NCBI RefSeq assembly: GCF_000025945.1
Contig: NC_006138.1
Span: 3,480,001-3,512,000, forward strand
Source: Desulfotalea psychrophila LSv54
GTDB taxonomy: Bacteria > Desulfobacterota > Desulfobulbia > Desulfobulbales > Desulfocapsaceae
DNA length: 32,000 nt
Direction of reading: 5' to 3'
The stretch's first letter is position 1. Every line of letters begins with the position of its first letter. Shown here piece after piece: positions 19,810 to 26,820 of this stretch. The translations under genes were made by a program, and so were the position numbers. Under the pieces are notes generated by a model. It was not told the DNA's origin. It was given only the letters and a program-made list of their open reading frames with translations, and searched no databases.

Positions 19810-20640
19810 ATGAAAAACACCCCTTCAGTAGTCCCCGGAAGTCCCATAAAGATCATGGGCATCCTTAACACCACTCCAGATTCATTTTCCGATGGCGGCA
19901 ACTACAATAGCGTCGACAAGGCCTTAGCCCAGGCGGAGAAGCTCATCGCCGACGGTGCCGACATTATTGATATTGGTGGTGAATCGACCCGTCCAGGCTC
20001 TCTTCCAGTTTCGCTAGCCGAGGAGCTGCAACGGGTAATCCCTGTTATTTCTGCCCTGCACGCCATCTCTGCTATCACCATTTCCATAGATACCACCAAG
20101 GCAGAGGTTGCCCGTCAGGCTCTGCTCGCTGGTGCCCATATCATCAATGACATATCGGCCCTTTCCATGGATGAGGCAATGGTAGATGTCCTCCAAGACT
20201 CCACCGCAGATGTGGTGCTTATGCATATGCAGGGCAGGCCGGAAACCATGCAGAATGCACCGGTCTACGACAACGTCACCGAAGAGGTCTATCACTATTT
20301 TGAGAAGCGGATCGAATGGTTAGAGAAAAAAGGTATTAGCCGCAAACGAATCATCGTTGACCCGGGCATTGGCTTTGGCAAAACCCTGCAGCATAATATT
20401 GAGCTACTTAAAAATCTCGATTTTATGGCCTCCCTGGGCTCTGCCCTCCTGCTTGGTCACTCACGTAAGAGGTTCCTAGGGGCCATTACCGGTCGCGACA
20501 CGGGGGACAGGGATCTGGCAACGGCTGTAACCGCGGCCCTCTGCGCCTCACAAAAAATGGATATCGTTCGGGTACATAATGTGGCCGCAACCCGGGATGC
20601 CCTCCTTATCGCCGAGGCCTTGCGTAAAAAAAAGCTGTAA
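19810..20640 (+). CDS. folP: dihydropteroate synthase
   Basis: 276 aa. Contains GILNTTPDSFSDGG, DIGGESTRPG and GHSRKRF. The ftsH-folP adjacency is classic. Confidence 0.93.
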   Translation: MKNTPSVVPGSPIKIMGILNTTPDSFSDGGNYNSVDKALAQAEKLIADGADIIDIGGESTRPGSLPVSLAEELQRVIPVISALHAISAITISIDTTKAEVARQALLAGAHIINDISALSMDEAMVDVLQDSTADVVLMHMQGRPETMQNAPVYDNVTEEVYHYFEKRIEWLEKKGISRKRIIVDPGIGFGKTLQHNIELLKNLDFMASLGSALLLGHSRKRFLGAITGRDTGDRDLATAVTAALCASQKMDIVRVHNVAATRDALLIAEALRKKKL

Positions 20641-20646
20641 GACTTG

Positions 20647-20757
20647 AGCTATCAGCTGTCAGAAACTGCCACTGCTTAAAAGCGAAAAGGAAAAGCAGTT
20701 AACCACTGGCAGCCAAGAGCACAGAGATAGAAAAAGATACGAGATACGAGATACGAG
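20647..20757 (+). repeat. dispersed intergenic repeat, copy A (core AGCTATCAGCTGTCAG ... GTTAACCACTGG ... AGAGCACAGAG, then (AGATACG)x3)
   Basis: The core blocks at 20647-20662, 20698-20709 and 20716-20726 recur at 25394-25518 (+) and 25735-25811 (-). The tandem heptamer AGATACG x3 lies at 20735-20757. Confidence 0.75.
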
Positions 20758-20766
20758 AAAAAAAAC

Positions 20767-20816
20767 TTAACAGCTGAAAAAAAAGATTAAAAGATTTTTA
20801 AAAATCAAGCTGTTAA
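20767..20816. repeat. imperfect palindrome with an A/T-rich centre
   Basis: Arms TTAACAGCTGA (20767-20777) and TCAAGCTGTTAA (20805-20816). The centre contains tandem AAAAGATT x2 (20781-20796). The arms share TCAGCTGT with the copy-A core. Confidence 0.6.
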
Positions 20817-20820
20817 ATTA

Positions 20821-20970
20821 CTCGCCACTCCGCTCCGCCACTCGTTTGACGCCACTCGTTGTCACTCACTGCTACTCACTGCTACTCGCTGCTGCTCTTT
20901 CTAGTATCCGCCATTCCGCTAACGCTCCACTGCCGCCACTCCGCTCTGCTTCGCTGCTGCTCTTTCTCAC
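20821..20970 (+). repeat. pyrimidine-skewed low-complexity tract with internal direct repeats
   Basis: C/T-rich on the plus strand. CGCCACTCCGCTC occurs at 20823-20835 and 20934-20946. TCGCTGCTGCTCTTTCT occurs at 20886-20902 and 20951-20967. Degenerate 10-12-nt units (CACTCACTGCTA / CTCACTGCTA / CTCGCTGCTG). Confidence 0.7.
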
Positions 20971-20984
20971 AGAGAAAGAACATA

Positions 20985-21743
20985 TTAGACATTTGCAAAG
21001 AGCAGACCGCTGGTGAGCCAGTAATAGATAATATAGCCACCGGCAATCAGCAAAAACAGAGCTGAAATGGTCTGCACATAGGGAAAGACCCTACGAAAAA
21101 ATTTCTCCATCGCTCCCTGCTTAAGAACCACCATGCCCATGGTCAAAGAGGCCAGAACAAAAAATACCCCACAGATATAGATAATAAACTGGGCAAAGGC
21201 CCCAGCCAAATTATCCGTCGCCACAGAGTTCATCACCACGGCAAGAAAAATAGGCAGGGTACAGCTTGTGGAGGCCGCACCATAGGCCACCCCAAAGAGA
21301 TAAAACCCCAGCACCGATATTTTCCGTGGATCACCAATTCTATTGGCTAGCCGCAGCATAAAGGGCAGGGAGACATGTTTTCCCAGGAGTAACCACAAGC
21401 CAAGAAACATTAGAAGAAATCCCACAATCAGGGCTATCCAGGGGGTAAAACTCAACAGATAAGAGCCACCATAGGCAATGGCAAAGCCCACCACCCCAAA
21501 CAGAGAGGCAAAGCCCAGGGTAAGGACAAGGGCAACACCTATTGCCCGCAAGATCTTATACAAAAATGATCTTGAGGCATAATCATCCTCCGTCGCCCCA
21601 ATATAGAGAGAAACATATACAGGGAGCATAACAAAACCACAGGGGTTCACCGCCGAAACCATTCCCGCCCCAAAGGCGTAGCCCACCTGTAAATGTGTAG
21701 CAAGAAAAGTTAAGCCCTCACTGGCCAATACCTGCAATCCCAT
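20985..21743 (-). CDS. cytochrome c biogenesis CcdA / DsbD-transmembrane-domain family protein
   Basis: 252 aa, polytopic. Contains GMVSAVNPCGFVMLPVY (conserved Cys-containing TM1) and a second Cys in AASTSCTLPIF. SD GGAGG lies 5 nt upstream. Confidence 0.8.
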   Translation of the reverse strand: MGLQVLASEGLTFLATHLQVGYAFGAGMVSAVNPCGFVMLPVYVSLYIGATEDDYASRSFLYKILRAIGVALVLTLGFASLFGVVGFAIAYGGSYLLSFTPWIALIVGFLLMFLGLWLLLGKHVSLPFMLRLANRIGDPRKISVLGFYLFGVAYGAASTSCTLPIFLAVVMNSVATDNLAGAFAQFIIYICGVFFVLASLTMGMVVLKQGAMEKFFRRVFPYVQTISALFLLIAGGYIIYYWLTSGLLFANV

Positions 21744-21940
21744 ATCCCCTCCATTTTATATTTAATAACAGATAGTAAGGACAAAAAAAAACATCCCTGC
21801 CCAGAGCATTAACTCTTTGCCCAGAACTCTTTACAGTGGAATAATTACCCCCACTACTGTACTGTGCCATAGAAACACTTCGCTGTATACGATAAAGCAT
21901 ACAACGCTAATACCCTCTCTATAATGCACGGAGAAAGAAG

Positions 21941-22903
21941 ATGCAAAAAACTCTCGTCCTAGTATTACTTGTCCTACTCTCCTGCGTCCACAGTAGTTGG
22001 GCTGCTCCTCATAAAATTTCAGTAAATCAATTTGTTGAGCATCCATCTCTCGATGCGGTACTACTGGGTTTTCAGGATTATCTTAAAGAAAATGGGGTTG
22101 AAGCAGAGTATTCTGTCCATACCGCCCAGGCCAATATGGGAACAGCTGGACAAATTGCCAAACAGATGCTCGGCGAGGATGCGGATCTCTTCCTCTCCAT
22201 CACCACTCCATCTTCCCAGGCCTGCGCCCAGGCCCTCTCCCGCGCCCCCGAAGCTCTGAAAAAGCCACTGCTCTTTACCGCTGTAACCAACCCGGTAGCA
22301 GCCGGACTGGTAAAAGATCTCCAGCATCCCAAAAATAATATCACCGGGGTAGCCGACAAGCTCCCACTTAAAGAACATCTACAGATGCTTCTTGAGTATG
22401 TGCCAAGAGCCAAGAGAATAGGCGTACTCTATAATGCGGGAGAGATAAATTCCAAGGCAACGGTTACAGAACTGAAAAGACTTGCCGCCAAGATGAATAT
22501 CAAAATAGTTGAAGCCACTGTCTCCAAGACAGCCGATGTTTATCAGGCAGCCAATAGCCTGGTGGGACGAGTTGATCTGGTCTTTATCCCTACGGACAAC
22601 ACCATTATTTCCGCCCTCGAATCCGTACTCAAGGTAGGTATCCAAAATCAAATGCCTATCTTTTCCGCCGATGTTGACTCGGTGAAACGAGGTACCGTTG
22701 CGGCCATGGGCTTTGATTATTACAAGCATGGCAGGCAGACAGGTGCCATGGCAGAGCGTATCTTCAAGGGTACAGCCCCCGCAGATATCCCCGTTGAATT
22801 CCAAAAAGACCTGGAACTCTATATCAACCTAACAGCATCGAAAAAAATGGGTCTCACTCCTCCGGAAACACTCATCAAAAAAGCATCCCATATCATCAAA
22901 TAA
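21941..22903 (+). CDS. ABC transporter substrate-binding protein (ABC_sub_bind / TrpX-like family)
   Basis: 320 aa. Signal peptide VLVLLVLLSCVHSSWA. Contains NQFVEHPSLDAV..GF, ITGVAD, and IFSADVDSVKRGTVAAMGFDYY. Followed by a matching permease and ATPase. Confidence 0.75.
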   Translation: MQKTLVLVLLVLLSCVHSSWAAPHKISVNQFVEHPSLDAVLLGFQDYLKENGVEAEYSVHTAQANMGTAGQIAKQMLGEDADLFLSITTPSSQACAQALSRAPEALKKPLLFTAVTNPVAAGLVKDLQHPKNNITGVADKLPLKEHLQMLLEYVPRAKRIGVLYNAGEINSKATVTELKRLAAKMNIKIVEATVSKTADVYQAANSLVGRVDLVFIPTDNTIISALESVLKVGIQNQMPIFSADVDSVKRGTVAAMGFDYYKHGRQTGAMAERIFKGTAPADIPVEFQKDLELYINLTASKKMGLTPPETLIKKASHIIK

Positions 22904-22918
22904 TTTTTTGGATCTCTT

Positions 22919-23806
22919 ATGACTTTCTACGCAGCCCTTGGTGCCGTTGAAATAGGCCTTGCCTACGGCATCATGGTCATTGGTGTATATATCACCTTTC
23001 GCATCCTTGATTTTCCTGATCTCACCGTTGACGGTAGCCTCCCCTTGGGGGCTGCCATTTCCGCTGTTGCCATCAGCCATGGCGTCAATCCATACCTCTC
23101 CCTACTCCTGGCCCTCGGGGCAGGATTTCTGGCAGGAATGGTCACGGCAATTCTTAATACCAAGCTGAAGATTCTCCATCTTCTTGCCTCTATTTTGACC
23201 ATGATAGCCCTCTATTCAATCAACATTCGTATCATGTCCGGGCCCAACATCGCCCTACTGGGAGCAGATACCGTTTTTGATTTGCCCACCCGACTGGGTA
23301 TCCCGGGCCAGTGGGCGGCAACGGCAGTTTTTGCCACCATTGGCCTCATCGCCCTGCTGGCGATTATCTGGTTCATGACAACGGAGATAGGGCAGGTAAC
23401 TTTGGCCACCGGCGATAATCCACAGATGATACGTACCCTGGGCGTTGATACCGACAAGGTTATCATCTTCGGCGTTGGTCTCTCCAATGCCCTGGTGGCC
23501 CTCAGTGGTGCTCTGGTCGCCCAAAATCAAGGCGCCGCCGATGTGGGCATGGGCATTGGAACCATCGTGGCCGGTCTTGCCTCGGTTATCATTGGCGAAA
23601 CAGTCTTTGGCTGTAACACAATTGCCCGAGCATTTATTGCCGCCCTTCTAGGCTCTATTACCTATCGCCTGGCCATAGCCTTGGCTTTGGGACTGCATAT
23701 TGGTGATTTTCACTTTAATCCAAGTGATCTTAACCTAATAACTGCAGTTCTTGTTATCGTTGCCCTTACCGCTCCCTCCATCAAAAAAGGATTGATACGC
23801 CGGTGA
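22919..23806 (+). CDS. ABC transporter permease (BPD_transp_2-like)
   Basis: 295 aa, highly hydrophobic, about 8-9 TM segments. Contains DLTVDGSLPLGAA and GDNPQMIRTLGVD, as in this permease family. Confidence 0.8.
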   Translation: MTFYAALGAVEIGLAYGIMVIGVYITFRILDFPDLTVDGSLPLGAAISAVAISHGVNPYLSLLLALGAGFLAGMVTAILNTKLKILHLLASILTMIALYSINIRIMSGPNIALLGADTVFDLPTRLGIPGQWAATAVFATIGLIALLAIIWFMTTEIGQVTLATGDNPQMIRTLGVDTDKVIIFGVGLSNALVALSGALVAQNQGAADVGMGIGTIVAGLASVIIGETVFGCNTIARAFIAALLGSITYRLAIALALGLHIGDFHFNPSDLNLITAVLVIVALTAPSIKKGLIRR

Positions 23807-24597
23807 TTATTCTAGAAAATTGCATGAAACGATTCCACCAGGGAACGGCAAGCGAAGTGGTGGCCTTAAAGGACATGAGCCTCCAGATCAAGCTCGGTGA
23901 ATTTGTTACGGTCATTGGCTCCAATGGCGCGGGCAAATCCAGTCTCCTTAACTGCATCGGTGGCAGCTTCCTTATTGATTCAGGAAAACTACAGATCTGC
24001 GGGCAGAACATGAGCAAGTGGCCGGAATACAAACGGGCCAAATATATCTCTCGCGTCTTCCAAGATCCTATGAAGGGCACCTGCCCCTCGGCCACCATTG
24101 AACAAAACATGGCCCTTGCCCTACGTCGAGGCCTGTCACGAGGGCTAAGCAAGGGAGTAAAGCCAGAGTACCTTGACAGATTCAGAGAGGCACTCTCCCT
24201 GTTAGATCTGGGCTTAGAGAATAGACTCGGTGACCGGGTTGGCCTTCTTTCCGGTGGGCAAAGACAGGCAATGACCATGCTGATGGCAACCCTACGCCGA
24301 CCGGAGGTACTCCTCCTCGATGAACATATTGCCGCCCTTGACCCCAAGACTGCAGCTCAAATCATGTCCATCACCAAAAAAATTGTTGAAGAACAACAAC
24401 TCACCACCCTGATGATTACCCATAATATGAAACATGCCATTGAGTTTGGTGACAGACTCATCATGCTCCACCAGGGCAAGGTGCTTTTTGATATTCATGG
24501 CAAAGATAAGAAGGAACTTACCGTTGAGAAACTTCTCGGTAAATTTTACCAGAGTCAGGGAGAGGAGTTAAACTCAGACTCCCTGTTGCTTGGCTAG
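23803..24597 (+). CDS. ABC transporter ATP-binding protein
   Basis: GTG start overlaps the permease stop (GTGA). Walker A GSNGAGKSS, signature LSGGQRQ, Walker B LLLDEH. Confidence 0.9.
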   Translation: MIILENCMKRFHQGTASEVVALKDMSLQIKLGEFVTVIGSNGAGKSSLLNCIGGSFLIDSGKLQICGQNMSKWPEYKRAKYISRVFQDPMKGTCPSATIEQNMALALRRGLSRGLSKGVKPEYLDRFREALSLLDLGLENRLGDRVGLLSGGQRQAMTMLMATLRRPEVLLLDEHIAALDPKTAAQIMSITKKIVEEQQLTTLMITHNMKHAIEFGDRLIMLHQGKVLFDIHGKDKKELTVEKLLGKFYQSQGEELNSDSLLLG

Positions 24598-24610
24598 AGG
24601 GCAACATAAA

Positions 24611-25291
24611 TCAGACAAGCAAAGAAATAAGCTCCTGAATACCTGCTGTTGCTCGCTTATTAATAAAGTGATAGTCCAAATCGTGATTAATTTTAGGTTT
24701 ATGGGGATCCACCAGATATATGGGAGCTCCAGCCTTCACATACTCGGTCAGACTTGCGGCAGGATAAACAGCAAGGGAGGTGCCTATTATAACAAAAATA
24801 TCTGCTGTTAAACAGATGTTGACAGCCTCTTCAATGGCAGGGACCGCCTCACCAAACCAGACGATATGTGGCCGTAACTGGCCACCATCTTCAGCTCTCT
24901 CCTCCAGCCCAACCTGACGATAACCAATATCATAGACAAGGGCAGAATTGGAACAGCTTTCCACCTTAGTCAATTCACCGTGGAGATGAAGTACCCGAGA
25001 ACTCCCCGCCCTCTCATGCAGATCATCAACGTTTTGAGTGACAATATGTACTTCGAACCTCTCTTCCAACTGAGCCAGGGCAAGATGACCGCCGTTTGGC
25101 ACACTATCACGAAGCTGTACCCTACGCTCATTGTAAAACTGATTGACCAAGCCCTTATCCCGCACCCAACCCTCCGGACTTGCAACCTCCATTACATCGT
25201 AATTCTCCCACAAACCACCAGAATCACGAAAAGTGGCAAAACCACTTTCGGCACTCATCCCAGCACCCGTCAGGACAACAAGTCGTTTCAT
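24611..25291 (-). CDS. cobB: NAD-dependent protein deacylase (Sir2 family, class III-like), short form
   Basis: 226 aa. Contains GAGMSAESGFATFRDSGGLWE, FYNERR, QNVDDLHERAG, LHLHGEL and LRPHIVWFGE. Its stop is 13 nt from the convergent ABC ATPase stop. Confidence 0.88.
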   Translation of the reverse strand: MKRLVVLTGAGMSAESGFATFRDSGGLWENYDVMEVASPEGWVRDKGLVNQFYNERRVQLRDSVPNGGHLALAQLEERFEVHIVTQNVDDLHERAGSSRVLHLHGELTKVESCSNSALVYDIGYRQVGLEERAEDGGQLRPHIVWFGEAVPAIEEAVNICLTADIFVIIGTSLAVYPAASLTEYVKAGAPIYLVDPHKPKINHDLDYHFINKRATAGIQELISLLV

Positions 25292-25393
25292 ATTTTACTC
25301 TCCATTATCAATAATGATATTCTGCCTGATAAAAACTTTACACTTTACCCAAAATACCATCTTCCCTCCATCTGTTCAAACTAGAAACAAGAA

Positions 25394-25518
25394 AGCTATC
25401 AGTTCTCAGCTATCAGCTGTAAGAAAGGGCAAAAAGTTAACCACAGAGATGGGGAGAACACGGAGAAGGATTTTTTAGGTAAAGGACTGAAAAAAAGATA
25501 CTAGATGTTAGATACTAG
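25394..25518 (+). repeat. dispersed intergenic repeat, copy B (degenerate)
   Basis: AGCTATCAG (25394), AGCTATCAGCTGTAAG (25408-25423), GTTAACCAC (25436-25444), then AGAGATGGGGAGAACACGGAG. AGATACTAG occurs twice (25496-25504 and 25510-25518). Colinear with copy A. Confidence 0.65.
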
Positions 25519-25628
25519 AAAGGACAGAAAAACAGCAGTGAAGTGGGATGGTGAGTGCTTTAATGTATTGATATTGATGGACATATTCGAGAATAATGCT
25601 ATGCCGAAAGTACGATGGGACTAGATCG

Positions 25629-25651
25629 GAGACGCGATAAATCGACGTCTC
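25629..25651. repeat. near-perfect palindrome / hairpin between repeat copies B and C
   Basis: GAGACGCGAT-AA-ATCG(A)CGTCTC: 10 complementary positions with one bulged A. Weaker 4-5-bp hairpins follow at 25668-25686 and 25692-25712. Confidence 0.55.
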
Positions 25652-25734
25652 TACGGGCTGTGCTTTAGGGGAAATTGGTAAACCCCGCCAACCTACCAAC
25701 AAGAAGAGTAGGCAGTGACAGTTTAAATAATTTC

Positions 25735-25811
25735 CTCTGTGCTCTCGGTTCCAGTGGTTAACCCTTTTGCTTTTGCTCTTCGTTTTTGCTTTTTCCTGAC
25801 AGCTTATAGCT
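25735..25811 (-). repeat. dispersed intergenic repeat, copy C (inverted relative to copy B)
   Basis: The minus strand reads AGCTATAAGCTGTCAG, then 33 nt of A/G-rich sequence, then GTTAACCACTGG-AACCG-AGAGCACAGAG. Block order and spacing match copy A. Confidence 0.75.
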
Positions 25812-25870
25812 GTTGTTCGCTTACCGCTTTTTCTCGCTTTAATACGAGTTCTTAACCAAACATCACTACA

Positions 25871-25898
25871 AAAAAAAACCCCCTGCAAAGCGAGGGGG
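25871..25898 (-). terminator. rho-independent terminator of the ZraP/CpxP-like gene
   Basis: The minus strand reads CCCCCT-CGCTTTGC-AGGGGG followed by T8. It lies 16 nt after the stop at 25914. Confidence 0.85.
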
Positions 25899-25913
25899 TT
25901 TTATAGAAATTTT

Positions 25914-26648
25914 CTAGTTATGTTGGTACATGCCTGGGCCATTTCCCCTCGGCCCATCCCCCATATGACCGCCGCGCTCGAAACCATGTCCCCGACGACC
26001 TGCCCCCGTCGGACAGCCATATTGAGGACCCGGACCCCTTGAACCACTCACAAAATAGGCGGGAACCCCTGCTTTTTTTGCCTTGTCCTGAAGAGAGGTA
26101 CGCAAATCAAAAATATCTCCAGTCACGGCTGCCACCTGAGCAAGATCTGGATTCACCGCTCGCATAAGGGCCCTCTTCTCCCCCAACTTCATGGCAAGCC
26201 CTCTTCTTAACTTCTTATTGGCAGTATTAAAGGCCACTATCTTATCCCGACTTACCTGATCACCCACCTGCGTCTGAGCAACTACTGAACCAGGACCATT
26301 CAGAAAACGACAGTAGGGAGAATTATTCATCCCAGCCTTAAAGGCCTTATTCTGAATTTTGTTGCGCAAAGTAAAAATTTCGCCTGAAAGTTTACCGGCA
26401 AGAACAGGGTCAGGATTTTGACCTCTATAGAGGGCTCGTTGTTGAGACATTTTGATAGCCATCTTTTTCAAAACTGCCTGATTATCTGTCCGGAAACGAA
26501 ACATATCATCACGATTTACCTGCTGAGAACAAGGAGATGAATTGCCATTTCTCATATGCTTTCCCTCACCCTGCTGCCACCCCGCTGAAGCCATTCCTGC
26601 ACCCGCTATACCAAGAAGAAGAACCGCACTCACTATTATTTTTTTCAT
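25914..26648 (-). CDS. periplasmic ZraP/CpxP/Spy-family protein (heavy-metal-sensor type), internally duplicated
   Basis: ATG at 26648 follows GGGAG. Signal peptide MKKIIVSAVLLLGIAGAGMASA. Two homologous modules are present: FRTDNQAVLKKMAIKMSQQRALYRGQNPDPVLAGKLSGEIFTLRNKIQNKAFKAG and FNTANKKLRRGLAMKLGEKRALMRAVNPDLAQVAAVTGDIFDLRTSLQDKAKKAG. The tail is Gly/His/Arg-rich. Confidence 0.7.
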   Translation of the reverse strand: MKKIIVSAVLLLGIAGAGMASAGWQQGEGKHMRNGNSSPCSQQVNRDDMFRFRTDNQAVLKKMAIKMSQQRALYRGQNPDPVLAGKLSGEIFTLRNKIQNKAFKAGMNNSPYCRFLNGPGSVVAQTQVGDQVSRDKIVAFNTANKKLRRGLAMKLGEKRALMRAVNPDLAQVAAVTGDIFDLRTSLQDKAKKAGVPAYFVSGSRGPGPQYGCPTGAGRRGHGFERGGHMGDGPRGNGPGMYQHN

Positions 26649-26710
26649 AGATTTACTCCCAAGAAAATATTTTATCTCACACGAACATGGTTGATACATA
26701 TGATTTTAAT

Positions 26711-26726
26711 AGCAACAGGCATGCCA
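26711..26726 (-). promoter_or_regulatory. sigma-54 (-24/-12) promoter for the ZraP/CpxP-like gene
   Basis: The minus strand reads TGGCATGCCTGTTGCT. GG and GC have exact consensus spacing (TGGCAC-N5-TTGCW). The GC lies about 64 nt upstream of the ATG at 26648. Confidence 0.7.
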
Positions 26727-26801
26727 ACAACCAAGCAGATCCTCAAGCTACTGCTTTTACGTCAAAAAGACAGAAAAAGAGCACCACTTCGCCTCAAGGT
26801 C

Positions 26802-26820
26802 CTGGGTATTTTTTACCCAG
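26802..26820. promoter_or_regulatory. candidate enhancer-binding-protein site (palindrome)
   Basis: CTGGGTA-N5-TACCCAG, with perfect 7-bp arms. It lies about 80-95 bp upstream of the -24 element, a typical UAS distance. Confidence 0.35.

Noticed and set aside
20735-20757. Tandem AGATACG heptamers considered as a CRISPR or other array
   Set aside because: There are only three 7-nt units with no spacers, and no cas genes. This is a microsatellite-like part of the dispersed repeat.
20859-21065. 68-aa ORF over the pyrimidine tract
   Set aside because: It is a product of the C/T-skewed repeats (Leu/Ser/Cys-rich) and runs into the 3' end of the ccdA-family gene on the other strand.
23781-24347. 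188-aa Arg/Ser/Pro-rich ORF antisense to the ABC ATPase
   Set aside because: The low-complexity composition is characteristic of antisense frames. It overlaps a gene with intact Walker and signature motifs.
25505-25624. 39-codon plus-strand ORF inside the inverted-repeat unit, considered as a type I toxin
   Set aside because: It has no SD, and it is hydrophilic and non-membrane-like, unlike type I toxins.
25508-25888. 126-aa minus-strand ORF in the 25.3-25.9 kb gap
   Set aside because: It starts inside the terminator hairpin of the ZraP-like gene and reads through repeat copy C and the palindromes. It has no SD, and its sequence is dictated by repeat structure.
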